Notes under the pieces: generated by a model
Seen by the model: only the letters and a program-made list of their open reading frames with translations
The model's database searches: none
Told to the model about the DNA's origin: nothing
Program-made: the position numbers and the translations under genes
Part shown: positions 50,601 through 59,456 of the stretch, one piece after another
How the letters are laid out: each line of letters begins with the position of its first letter
How positions within the stretch are numbered: position 1 is the stretch's first letter
Source of the DNA: Polyangia bacterium
GTDB taxonomy: Bacteria; Myxococcota_A; Polyangia; Fen-1088
Length of the DNA: 63,716 nt
Reading direction: 5' to 3'
Assembly: GCA_045802645.1 (NCBI GenBank)
Contig: JBJMQQ010000033.1
Coordinates: 1-63,716, forward strand

Positions 50601-53600
50601 ATCCGGCTTGGCGAAGTTCTCCTCCCAGATGCTCGCCATCTTCTGGTAGGTGGCGACCCGGTCCTCCTCGGGGGGCGAGACCTCCAGCCGGTGCTCGAGG
50701 TTCTCGAGGTACTCCTCCATCCGGCCGGTCTTTTCGTACAGCGTGTCCAGCGCGGTCAGGGCCGGCAGGTTGCGCGGGTCGACGGACAGGACCTCTTTGT
50801 AGGCCTCGACGGCGCGATCGTTGTCGCCCAGCCGATCCTCCCAGAGCTCGCCGACCTGCAGCTTCAGCTTGATGGCCGCGTCGGTGTCGTCGACGACCTG
50901 CGACTTCTTGGCCAGCACTTCGACCAGGCGGTCCCAGGCCTGCAGCCGCCGGTACAGCCGCTCGAGCGCGTTGATGGCGTCGATGCACCGCTCGTCGGTA
51001 TCCAGCGCGCGCTGGTAGGCGTTGACCGCCTGCGCGGCGTCGCCCAGCTGCGTCTCGTACGTGTCGGCCAGCGCCAGCAGGATGTCGACCTTGGGCGCCG
51101 GCTCGTTCTCGCAGTCGGCGTGCCGCGCCAGCGTCGAAGCCAGGTCGGCCCAGCTCTTCTTCTTGCGGTAGAAGTCCTCCAGCGCTTGCAACGCGCCGAT
51201 GTGCGCCGCGTCCAGCTGCAACGCCTGCTGCGCCGACGCGATCGCGTAGTCGACGTGCCGCAGGGCCGAGTCGTACCAGCGCGCGATCTTCACCCACAGG
51301 TCGGCCGCCTGCTTGGGATCGGCGATCCCTTGCACGACCTGCGTGTAGTCGCCGATCAGCTCGTTCCACTTGTCGGCCGCCGTCGCCAGCCGTTCCAGCT
51401 CCTTGGCGACGTGGTCGTTCGAGTAGTCCTCGCGGAAGGCCGCCTGCAGCGTGACGAACGCGCTGTCGCGATCGTCCAGCTGCTGCTCGTAGACCTCGCC
51501 CACCTGCACCAGCAGCTGGATGCGCGACGCCGCGTCGGGCGCGAACTCGGTCCGGGCCAGCAGCAGGTCGACCAGCTTCACCCAGCTCTTACGCTGGCGA
51601 TAGAGCTGCTCCAGCTCGATCGACGCCGTGCCGTTGCTCGGGTCGATCTGCAGAACGCGCTCGTAGACCTCGGCCGCCGAGCCGCCGTCGCCGATCTTGT
51701 CGGCCCAAAGCGACGCCGCCTGCATCAGCACGTCGACGCGCTCGGCCGGGTTGGCCAGCGCTTGCGTGCGCCGCTCGAGGATGTCGACCGCCTCTTCCCA
51801 GCGCGCCTCCTGCATGAACAGGCGTTCCAGCGCGGCCAGCGCGCGGAACTCCGCCGGATCCAGCTCCAGGACCTCGCGCCAGGCGTCGATCGCGTCCTGG
51901 GTCCGCATCAGCGTGTCGCCTTCGAGCTCGCCGAGCTGCGCGAACAGCTCTTTCAGCTCGTCGGTCTCGATACCGCTGCCACCCAGCTGGCCGACCTGAA
52001 TCAACCGTCGCAGGGCCTGCGACAGCTCCTCCCAGGCGCCGGCGCTTCGGTAGTTCGCGGCGATGGCGCGCAGAGCGTCGACGTCCTGCGGGTCGATCTC
52101 CAGGACCTTCTGCCAGCTCTCCAGGGAGTTGCGCTCGCGCGAGAGCTTCTCGCCCCAGATGCGCCCGAGGCGCTTGTAGATCGGGATGCGCCGCTCCGGA
52201 TCGGGCGTCGCCGTGACCTGCTTTTCCAGGACCTCGGTCAGCTCGCGCCACTCGCCCGCCATCTCGTGCAGATCGGCCAGGCCGGACAGCGCAATGGCGT
52301 CCTCGCCGCGGATGTCGACGACCTTGCCCCACAGCTCGACGGCCTTGCTCCGGTCGTCCAGCGCGTCGGCGGCCAGCTTGGCCATCCGCGCGTAGCAGTC
52401 GGCCAGCGCCATCTCCTCGGTGGTGAGGCCGGATAGCTTCTCGTAAACGCCGTAGAGATCGGCCCACCGCTCGGACCGGAAGTACAGGCGCTCGAGGGCG
52501 TCCAGCGCCTCACGTGACTGCGGCTCGTGCTCGAGGACGGCGAGGTAGCAGGCGATCGCGCTGTCGGTCTCGTCCAGCGCCTCGGCGTAGACGCGCCCCA
52601 GGCGCAGATTGAACGCCGTCAGCTCCGCGCTGTCGTCGGTGATTGAGATCCGCTGGCGCAGAACATCCGCCAGGCTCTCGTACATCCCCTGCCCTTCGTA
52701 GATCCGATCCAGGGACGCCAGCGCCGCCGGGTCCTTCTGGTGCTCCGCCAGCACGGCTTGCAGGGCCTTCTCGGAGCGCTCGAGGTCGCCCAGGTCCGTT
52801 TCGAAGCTGGCGGCCAACCGCAGCAGAACGTCGCGCCGAACCGCAGGCTCCCGCTCGGGCGAGGCCGCGTCGGTCATCGTGGTGACGTACGCGTCCCACT
52901 GGTGCGTGGCGCGGGCCAGCCGCAGCAGCTCGTCGACGGCCTGTGCCGACGACGGGTCCTCCTTCACGGCCTCGGCCCACCAGCCGAACGCGGCGACCTG
53001 ATCGACCAGCTTGTGCTCGGCGATCTCCGCCAGGCGACGCAGCAGCGCTTGCCGCTCGGCCACGTCGGTGACGCGGCCCAACTGCACCTCGTAGATCTGG
53101 TGCAGCTTCTCCCACTCCTCGCCGGCGCGGTACAGAGGCTCCAGCACCTCGGCGATCTCGATCTGCATCGTGCCGCCCATGAACATCCGTTCGAGGGCGG
53201 TCCGCGTCTCCATGTGCGTCGGATCGGCGACCAGGATCTCGCGATAGGCCTCGACGGCCTTCGGCAGATCCATCAGCGCCAGCTCGTAGATCTGCGCGAG
53301 CCGGAAGTTCAGCGCGACGAGCTGCTCGTCGTTGGACGCGATCGCGATCTCGCGCCGGACGACCTTGGCCAGGTCCTCCCACTGCTGGGCGCGGCCGTAC
53401 AGGCGATCCAGGGCCACCAGCGCCTGCCGGTTCTCGGGGTCCGCGTCGACGGCGCGCCGGTACGTGGCAATGGCCTCGTCGGTCTGGCCGCTCTCTTCTT
53501 CGTAGACGCGCCCGAGGCGCAGCAGCAGGTCGGTCTGCCGCCGCGGATCTTCGATCTTGTCCAGCTCGGTGGCGAACAGGTTGGCCAGCTTGGCCCAGTG

Positions 53601-56600
53601 CCCCGTTTCGCCGGCCAGACGTTCCAGCTGTCCGAGCACGTCGGTGTTGCTGGGGTCGACGTGCAGCGCGCGCCCGTAGATGTCGAACGCGGCGTTCTGA
53701 TGCGACAGGCGGCGCTCCTCGATCTCCGCCATCCGCGACAGCAACTCCACCTTGCGCGCCGGCTCCTCGGCGGCCGCCTGCATGACCTCGTAGACTGCGG
53801 TCACGCGGTCCCACTCGCCGGTGCTCTCGTAGATGGGCTCCAGGACCTGCGCCGCCAGCACGGCGGAATCGGCCTCGCCACCCTCCATCAGCATCTCCAG
53901 AGCGCGGACCGTCGGCTCGTGAGCCGGGTCCATCTGCAGCACCTGCCGGTACGCCTCGACGGCGCGCGCCAGGTCCTTCAGGTGTTCGCGCCACAGCTCG
54001 CCGATGCGGAAGCGCAGCGACACGACCTCGGCGGGCGACGGCGCCAGCTCGGTCTGCCGTTCGAGAACGGCCAGCAGGTCGTACCAGCGCCCCAGCTGCT
54101 GGTACAGGCGATCCAGCGCCTGGACGGCGTCGTAGTCTTCCGGATCCAGGTCGACGATCGAGCTGTAGGTCTCGACCGCGCGCTCCGGGTCGCCCAGCTC
54201 GCGGTCGTAGACCTGCCCGAGCACGAACAGCATCTGCTTCTTCTCGACGGGCGTCGCGGCCAGCTCCGCCTTCTTGGCGTAGACGTTCTTCAGCTCGTTC
54301 CAGCGGGCGAGCCGGATGTAGATCCGCTCCAGCTGGTCCAGCGCCGTCGCGTCGGTGTCGTCGACCGACAGGACGTGCTGGAACACGGCGACCGAGCGAT
54401 CGAGATCCTCCAGCACCTCTTCGTACAGCTGCGCGGCGCGATAGTAGAGGGCCTTCTTCTCGGCCATCGGCTCGACGATCTCGGCCTTGCGCTGCAGCAG
54501 CTGCACGAGCTGGGCGTAGTTGCCGCCGCGCAGATAGAGCTGCTCCAGCGCGTTGGCGGCGTTCAGGTCGCGCGGCCAGACGTCCAGTGCGGCGCCGTAA
54601 GCGGCCGCGGCGCGCGCGTCGTCACCCAGGTCGACCTCGGCCAGACGCGCGATCTTGTGATGAAGCGCGTTCTTTCGCTCCGGATCGCCGACCCGCGACA
54701 CCAGCCGACCGTAACGGTCGACCAGGTCGTCGAGGCGTCCCAGTGCGCGCGCCAGCCGCTCGATCGCCCCCTGAACCTCGCCGTTCAGCGGGTCCTCGGC
54801 CAGGGCGCGCCCCAGCGCCTCGTACGCGTGGGCCGGATCGTCCAGCCCCAGCTCGTAGCCCTCGGCGATTTGCCGGTAGAGCGCGATCTTCTGGTCCGGA
54901 TCGGGCGCGTGGCGCGCCTCGACTTCGTAAACGGCGATCAGGTTCGCCCAGTCGCCCCGCACGCGGTAAATCGGCTCCAGCAGCTGCGCCGCATCCAGCT
55001 CGTGCTCCGGGCTCTGCAAGATGCGCTCGAGCGCCGCGATCGTCTCGGGGTGCTCCGGGTCGATCTGCAGGATCTTCGCGTAGGTGTCGACGGCGCCGCC
55101 CAGCTGGCCGAGGGGCTGTTCACGCAGCAGACCAAGCCGCCCCAGCAACGCGACCTTCTCCTGCGAATCGTCCGCGACCAGCGTGAGCTGCCGCTGCAGG
55201 TTGTCGGCCAGCTCGCGCCAGTCGCCGCGGGCCTGGTACAGCCGGTCCAGCGCGCGCAGCGCGGCGACGTTCGACGGGCTGTCCTGCAGGACGACGTTCC
55301 AGGACAGGATCGCCTGGTCGGCGTTGCCCAGCATCTCTTCCCAGACCTTCGCGATCCGGATCCGGATCTCTTCGCGCTCGGCGACGTCGGTGACCAGCTG
55401 CGCTTTCTTCAGCAGCGTGTCGACGAGGTCATTCCAGCGCTCGGTGCGCGTGTACAGCCGCTCCAGTGCGACCAGCGCGGAGGCGTCCTCGGGCTGAATG
55501 CTCTGCGCGCGGCGGAAGTACTCGACGGCGCGCTCGGACTGCTCCAGCTTTTCGTCGTAGGCGACGGCGACCACCAGCAACAGCTCGCGCTCGAGCGCCG
55601 ACGGCAGGCGGTCCTTGCCCTTCGCCGACAACGCCTTTTCGTACAGCGCGACCAGCGGCTGCCAGTTGTCGAGAATGTTCGCCAGGCTCTCCAGCGACTC
55701 ACGGGCGGGCGTCGAGGCCGGGTTCTCCGTGAACGCGCGCGTGTACGCCTCCCAGGCCTGGTCGGCGTTCCCCAGCTGGCCTTCCAGCTTGCCGATGCGC
55801 AGCAGCAGCTCGACGCGCGCGTCGGTCTTCTTCTGGTGCCCCAGCTTGATCCGCTGGACTTCGACCAGTCGCGCCAGGTCGTTGGCGGCCTCGTAGATCG
55901 GCTCCAGCACCTCGACGGCCGACTGCTGCAGGGCCGGATCGGCGCTGGACAGATAGGCCTGAAGCGCCGTGCGTGCGCCCGCGTGCGCCGGCGACAGCGC
56001 CAGCGCCTCGCGATACGAGGCGACCGCGCCGGCTCCGTCGTCCAGATGCTGCTCCAGCACCTGCGCGCGGCGGAACTTCAGCTCGGCGACCATCGCGTTC
56101 TCGGTCGCGAGACGGATCTCGGCGTCGATGACCTGCGCCAGCTCCTGCCAGCGCCCCAGCTGCTGGTACAGGCGATCCAGCGCCGAGAGCGCCGAGACCT
56201 GCGCCGCGTCCTGCTTCAGGATCGCCAGATACAGCTGCACGGCCTTGTCGGGCTGCTTGATCTCGTCTTCGTAAAGCCCGGCCAGCTTGAAGCGGATGGC
56301 CAGCTCTTCGTCCTTCGTCTTGGCCAGCTCCAGCTTCTTGTCGTAGACCGCCAGCAGGTCGCCAAAGCGACCCGTCGCGACGTACAGCCGCTCCAGCGCG
56401 GCGACGGCGTTGGGGTCCTTGGGCGCCAGCGCCAGGATCTTCTGGTTGCGATCGATGGCGGCGTCGGGGTTCCCCAGCTCGGACTCGTAGGCGGCGGCCA
56501 GCGTCGAGAGCAGCGCCAGCGTCGCCTGCTCGTCGTCGGACGCGCGCGGCAATGCCGCCTCGTAGGCTTGCACGAGATCGTTCCAGGCCCGGCTCTCGCG

Positions 56601-58196
56601 CGCGAGGCGGCGCGACGTCTCGATCGCCCAGGTGTCCGTCGGCGACTCTGAGAGCGCCGTCAGCGCGACGCGCAGCGCGCTCGGTTTGTCGGCGACGCCC
56701 ATGTCGAGCAGATCGGTCAACCGCTGCAGCCGCGTGTGCCGCTCGGCCGCGTCCCGCGTGTGTTCCAGCTCGACGAACAGGACCTCGGCCAGCCGCTTGA
56801 CGTCCTTGCTCTTCTCGTAGAGCGGCACCAGCGCCTGCGCAGCCTCGAGATTCCGGCCGTCGTAGGACAGCGCCTTTTCGTAGGCCTTCTGCGCGCGATC
56901 CGCCTTCTGCAGGCGGTCGCGATAGAGCTGGCCGATCTTGTTCCACAGCCCGACGCGCGCGCCGCCGTCTTCGGATTCGGCCTGGCGCTCGAGGACGCGC
57001 ACCAGCTCGTCCCACTTGTTCTGGGAGGCGTAGAAGCCCTCCAGCGCGTTCCAGTCCTTCTGCTGCAGGTACAGCTTCTTCAGCGCGTCCTGCGCACGCC
57101 GGTTCTCCGGGTCTTGCTGCAGCAGCGCGTTCCAGGCGGTGATGGCCTGGGGGACGTTCTGCACCTTCTCGGTGTAAAGGACGCCCAGCTTCACGTAGAT
57201 GGCGGACCGCTTCGAGCCGTCGCTGGTGGCCGCGACCTGACGCTCGAGGACGGCGCCCAGCTCGCTCCACATCTTCTCGCGCTCGTACAGCTTCTCGAGC
57301 TCCGACAACGCTTCGGCGTTTTCGGGATCGTCGGTCAAAACCTTCTGCCAAAGGTCGATCGAGATCGCCGCCTTCTTCATCTTCTCGGAGGCGAGCTTCG
57401 CGACCTCGATCCGGCGCGCACGCCGCACGTCAGCGTCGGTGATCTTCTCGATCTCGCGCTGATGGACCGCGACCAGCTTGTCCCAGTCGCGCCGCTTCTC
57501 GTACATCGGCTTGACGAAGGTCAGCGCGTCGGCGTTCTCCGGGTCGATCTCCAGAATCGCCTCGAACGCCTTGATGGCCTCGGCCTGGTTCTGGAACTTC
57601 TCGAGAAACAGATTCGCGATGCGCAGCTGCAACGCGACTTTGTCCGCCGGCGACTCGACGACCGCCGCCTTCTTGCGCAGCAGCGAGATCAGATCCGGCC
57701 AACGCTTCATCCCCTCGTACTGCGCGGCCAGCTCGTCGGCGGCCTCGAAGTTGTTCGGCTGGATGGTCAGGATCTGGTTGAACGCGTTGACGACCATCAC
57801 GTCCAGCTTCAGCGGGTCGCGATAGATCTCGATCATCTCGCGCAGGACCGGGATCTTGTCCTCGGGGCGAGACCAGTTGGCCTTGTCGACGGCGTCCTTC
57901 ATCACCTCGATGAAGGCGTTCCAGCGCTGCGCCTTTTTGTAGACGCGCGCCAGCTCGCGCCGCGGCGCCCAGGCGGTCGGCGCGGAAGCGACGATCTTCT
58001 TCCAGGCGTCGATCCCCTTGTCGACCGATTGCTTCTCGGCTTCGAAGGCGGCCTGAACGGGCGCAGCCAGCTCGGCGGGAAAGTCGTCGAGCGCGGCGGA
58101 CGTGCCGTTAGAGGAGCCGTTGCCGCCGGAAACCGCGGCTTCGTCCTCTTTCTTGCGCTTACCGTGGCCCTGGCCCTGCTTCGACTGCTGATCCAC
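47688..58196 (-). CDS. Giant cytoplasmic TPR-repeat protein, 3502 aa (AgmK/GltI-like)
   Basis: Uninterrupted 10.5-kb ORF. GTG start preceded by GGAGGAG. No signal peptide. Dozens of repeats of about 76-80 aa carry the recurring motif AL[ED]RLYxxxx[RK]Wx[ED]L. The last 450 aa or so are non-repetitive. The AgmK/GltI analogy rests on size, TPR content and Glt-like neighbours. Confidence 0.85.
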   Translation of the reverse strand: MDQQSKQGQGHGKRKKEDEAAVSGGNGSSNGTSAALDDFPAELAAPVQAAFEAEKQSVDKGIDAWKKIVASAPTAWAPRRELARVYKKAQRWNAFIEVMKDAVDKANWSRPEDKIPVLREMIEIYRDPLKLDVMVVNAFNQILTIQPNNFEAADELAAQYEGMKRWPDLISLLRKKAAVVESPADKVALQLRIANLFLEKFQNQAEAIKAFEAILEIDPENADALTFVKPMYEKRRDWDKLVAVHQREIEKITDADVRRARRIEVAKLASEKMKKAAISIDLWQKVLTDDPENAEALSELEKLYEREKMWSELGAVLERQVAATSDGSKRSAIYVKLGVLYTEKVQNVPQAITAWNALLQQDPENRRAQDALKKLYLQQKDWNALEGFYASQNKWDELVRVLERQAESEDGGARVGLWNKIGQLYRDRLQKADRAQKAYEKALSYDGRNLEAAQALVPLYEKSKDVKRLAEVLFVELEHTRDAAERHTRLQRLTDLLDMGVADKPSALRVALTALSESPTDTWAIETSRRLARESRAWNDLVQAYEAALPRASDDEQATLALLSTLAAAYESELGNPDAAIDRNQKILALAPKDPNAVAALERLYVATGRFGDLLAVYDKKLELAKTKDEELAIRFKLAGLYEDEIKQPDKAVQLYLAILKQDAAQVSALSALDRLYQQLGRWQELAQVIDAEIRLATENAMVAELKFRRAQVLEQHLDDGAGAVASYREALALSPAHAGARTALQAYLSSADPALQQSAVEVLEPIYEAANDLARLVEVQRIKLGHQKKTDARVELLLRIGKLEGQLGNADQAWEAYTRAFTENPASTPARESLESLANILDNWQPLVALYEKALSAKGKDRLPSALERELLLVVAVAYDEKLEQSERAVEYFRRAQSIQPEDASALVALERLYTRTERWNDLVDTLLKKAQLVTDVAEREEIRIRIAKVWEEMLGNADQAILSWNVVLQDSPSNVAALRALDRLYQARGDWRELADNLQRQLTLVADDSQEKVALLGRLGLLREQPLGQLGGAVDTYAKILQIDPEHPETIAALERILQSPEHELDAAQLLEPIYRVRGDWANLIAVYEVEARHAPDPDQKIALYRQIAEGYELGLDDPAHAYEALGRALAEDPLNGEVQGAIERLARALGRLDDLVDRYGRLVSRVGDPERKNALHHKIARLAEVDLGDDARAAAAYGAALDVWPRDLNAANALEQLYLRGGNYAQLVQLLQRKAEIVEPMAEKKALYYRAAQLYEEVLEDLDRSVAVFQHVLSVDDTDATALDQLERIYIRLARWNELKNVYAKKAELAATPVEKKQMLFVLGQVYDRELGDPERAVETYSSIVDLDPEDYDAVQALDRLYQQLGRWYDLLAVLERQTELAPSPAEVVSLRFRIGELWREHLKDLARAVEAYRQVLQMDPAHEPTVRALEMLMEGGEADSAVLAAQVLEPIYESTGEWDRVTAVYEVMQAAAEEPARKVELLSRMAEIEERRLSHQNAAFDIYGRALHVDPSNTDVLGQLERLAGETGHWAKLANLFATELDKIEDPRRQTDLLLRLGRVYEEESGQTDEAIATYRRAVDADPENRQALVALDRLYGRAQQWEDLAKVVRREIAIASNDEQLVALNFRLAQIYELALMDLPKAVEAYREILVADPTHMETRTALERMFMGGTMQIEIAEVLEPLYRAGEEWEKLHQIYEVQLGRVTDVAERQALLRRLAEIAEHKLVDQVAAFGWWAEAVKEDPSSAQAVDELLRLARATHQWDAYVTTMTDAASPEREPAVRRDVLLRLAASFETDLGDLERSEKALQAVLAEHQKDPAALASLDRIYEGQGMYESLADVLRQRISITDDSAELTAFNLRLGRVYAEALDETDSAIACYLAVLEHEPQSREALDALERLYFRSERWADLYGVYEKLSGLTTEEMALADCYARMAKLAADALDDRSKAVELWGKVVDIRGEDAIALSGLADLHEMAGEWRELTEVLEKQVTATPDPERRIPIYKRLGRIWGEKLSRERNSLESWQKVLEIDPQDVDALRAIAANYRSAGAWEELSQALRRLIQVGQLGGSGIETDELKELFAQLGELEGDTLMRTQDAIDAWREVLELDPAEFRALAALERLFMQEARWEEAVDILERRTQALANPAERVDVLMQAASLWADKIGDGGSAAEVYERVLQIDPSNGTASIELEQLYRQRKSWVKLVDLLLARTEFAPDAASRIQLLVQVGEVYEQQLDDRDSAFVTLQAAFREDYSNDHVAKELERLATAADKWNELIGDYTQVVQGIADPKQAADLWVKIARWYDSALRHVDYAIASAQQALQLDAAHIGALQALEDFYRKKKSWADLASTLARHADCENEPAPKVDILLALADTYETQLGDAAQAVNAYQRALDTDERCIDAINALERLYRRLQAWDRLVEVLAKKSQVVDDTDAAIKLKLQVGELWEDRLGDNDRAVEAYKEVLSVDPRNLPALTALDTLYEKTGRMEEYLENLEHRLEVSPPEEDRVATYQKMASIWEENFAKPDRAAEVIEKILLIDEKNAKAYRDLERLYRQERKWEALVETYRKHLAVATDANERIEIFTKMGQIYEQELRDLDRAIESYNDVLSVEAEHPEALAGIARLYEETEQWDRAVEVMRRLIRISADPKQKVDLNYRLGRIFDEQMKDPEPAQEYLVEALSQDPAHVPSMLSLLGNFKRRGDWQKAAQLRVRAEAAPVNPLEKTRLLHEAGKIFQEKLGDEGQAADLYARVMQLDPEHVETGEPLAQIYFKREEWAPLVPVLEMLARKADKKTNRELTQLYHRLAKAADRLGENEKALKYYKQSYDLDSTYLPTLVDRAGLLYRLEHWDDAFRIYQTILVHHRDTQKDDEIVDIFFRLGRIKLKLNERTKAVNMFEKALEIQPGHRATLQALIELYTDAGDFEAVIKQKRALLAAPATQPEEKFTISEEIAGIYKDKLNNPQKAIAAHLEALNYKPNDRQLLHSLLDLFSETKQWKKAMEILTKLAELESGKVKARYLVAAGNIANYELHSTDEAVELYNQALDEDPDDLKAFERIDKIMTAKKDWKNQERNYRRMIKRIGQEPPAERKPTQIALWHGLGEIYRSRLKDFKAATAAFEVCVQLDPDATPRHQILAELYQLSGPESYDKAVNEYRHLIRSNQDLGQMAIYMKTLRGLYMAMQQYDRAWCVAAAMAFLRKADPEEQQFFEQYRPKGFVRAKARLTEELWKNIYHPDEDRYISHIFATVSQAVASGRAKEHKDWGLKRKDRRDVATDQLLFSKVFNYVNQVLGVPQPELYLRPESPGELDLANAREKTQLIPSFVVGASLLQGRPEKDLAYVVGKKLTFMRPDHFVRWPTVVPTVAELKVLFLAALKLVHPKLEVKADVAQAVTSYLDLLTKTVPPQAREQLVAVVQRFVAGKGEADIHRWANAVDLTATRAGFLICNDLDVATRLVQTEPVSIGVADPKDKVRDLILWSISDEYFAVREHLGLGIGQG

Positions 58197-58400
58197 TGAG
58201 CTCCTCCAAATCGGATCCGTGCCGATATCTCCGTCGCCTAAGTATGCGAAACGGAGTAGAAAACAGGACGATTTTTATAACACGCCACGCCCCGTCGAAA
58301 AACACCAATCCGTATGTATGTTCGCGGATTTGTCGGGCGTTTGTGCCGTTCAGTTGAGCGTTGGATCGAAGTTCCGGTACGCCAATGTGCGCACCCCGAT

Positions 58401-58510
58401 CCCCGTCTTCACCCGTCCTCGTCCTCGTCCTCGTCCGGTCCACGGCACCGTCGAGCCAGACGGAACGGCGACGGCGACGGCGACGAGGACGAGGACGGGT
58501 GAAGACGGGG
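58401..58510. repeat. Perfect 29-bp inverted repeat (arms 58401-58429 and 58482-58510) with a 52-nt spacer, built from hexanucleotide repeats
   Basis: Left arm ccccgtcttcacccgtcctcgtcctcgtc. Right arm gacgaggacgaggacgggtgaagacgggg is its exact reverse complement. Coordinates were cross-checked against the ORF 58314..58502 frame. Confidence 0.9.
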
Positions 58511-58520
58511 GCGGAAACGC

Positions 58521-58556
58521 AAAAGGCCGACGTACCCGAAGGTGCGCCGGCCTTTT
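58521..58556 (-). terminator. Intrinsic terminator downstream of the TPR lipoprotein gene
   Basis: Minus-strand RNA is AAAAGGCCGGCGCACC-UUCG-GGUACGUCGGCCUUUU. It has a 12-bp GC-rich stem (one wobble, one mismatch), a UUCG tetraloop and a U4 tail, 17 nt after the TAG stop at 58573-58575. Confidence 0.6.
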
Positions 58557-58572
58557 CTGCGCGACGGAGACT

Positions 58573-59454
58573 CTACGGACCGCTGAGGGCGTAGAGCTTG
58601 TCGTTGGCGGCTTTGATGTAGTTGCCGTCGGCGGTCTTGCCGGATTCGGCGACGAACTTTTGGAGGTACTCGCGGGCCTTTTCCTTCTGGTCGTTGCCGT
58701 GGGCTTCGTCGTACCAGTCGGAGTAGGCCATTCCGGCGTTGTAGAGCGCGTCGTAGAGCTCCGGATCGTCGTCGATGGCCTTCTTGAACTCGGCCGTCGC
58801 CTGCTCGTACTGCTTCAGGTTCTTGAGCGCCAAGCCGTAGCCGTTGTGGCACTCGCCGTCGTCTTCCTTGGCCGTGACGCAGCCCTGGAACACCTGGGCG
58901 GCTTCCTTGTTGAAGTCGTAGTCCAGGTACAGGTAGCCGAGAGCGACGTACGACTTCGAGAAGCGCGAGTTGGCCTCGATGGCGTGCCGGAGGGCATCGT
59001 CCGCCTCTTTCGGGCGGTCCAGCTTCTTGTAGACCAAGCCGAGACGCCACCAGGCCTTGAACAGCTTCCCGTCGGCTGCGGTGGCGGCCTTCAGGGCCTT
59101 CTCGGCCTCGTCGATCCGGTTGGCCGACAGATACGCCTCGCCGAGGTCGTACTGGTAGTTGGCGTTGTCAGGCTTGCGCTGCACCGCCTGCTCAAACGCC
59201 TCGATGGCCTTGTCCCACTTGCGCTGCTTCTGGGCCACCTTGCCGAGGTTGTAGTAGGCGATCTCGTACGAGGGGTCCGTCTGGATCGCCTGCTTCAGGT
59301 CCTTCTCGGCCGAGTCGTACAAGTTGTTCTTGAACTCCTCGGCACCCTTGTTGGCCAGCTCGATGGCCTTGATCCGCTCCTGGCTGCAGGTGAAGCCTTC
59401 GCAGGCCGGGACGATCGCGGCAATCGCCAGAATGACTCCCAGGGAACGATTCAT
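58573..59454 (-). CDS. TPR-repeat lipoprotein (Glt-cluster associated)
   Basis: MNRSLGVILAIAAIVPAC lipobox, then about 6 TPR units (AYYNLGKVAQKQRKWDKAIEAFEQAV...). The ATG at 59454 lies 2 nt after the upstream stop. Confidence 0.8.
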   Translation of the reverse strand: MNRSLGVILAIAAIVPACEGFTCSQERIKAIELANKGAEEFKNNLYDSAEKDLKQAIQTDPSYEIAYYNLGKVAQKQRKWDKAIEAFEQAVQRKPDNANYQYDLGEAYLSANRIDEAEKALKAATAADGKLFKAWWRLGLVYKKLDRPKEADDALRHAIEANSRFSKSYVALGYLYLDYDFNKEAAQVFQGCVTAKEDDGECHNGYGLALKNLKQYEQATAEFKKAIDDDPELYDALYNAGMAYSDWYDEAHGNDQKEKAREYLQKFVAESGKTADGNYIKAANDKLYALSGP

Positions 59455-59456
59455 GC

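Noticed and set aside
52740-56651. 1303-aa ORF on the plus strand, and other very long plus-strand ORFs (4836-6740, 14676-16793, 17614-19032, 23764-25872, 47715-50138, 50337-52436, 56736-58199, 59718-62477)
   Set aside because: All lie antisense to well-supported minus-strand genes and have Arg/Leu/Gly/Pro/Val-rich low-information translations with no recognisable motifs. Long open shadow frames are expected at about 70% GC.
58314-58502. 62-aa ORF encoding ...PSSSSSSSGP...DGDGDEDEDG inside the inverted repeat
   Set aside because: The odd poly-Ser / acidic translation is simply the two arms of the hexamer-based palindrome read in one frame. It has no RBS, and it sits between a terminator and the giant gene on the opposite coding strand.
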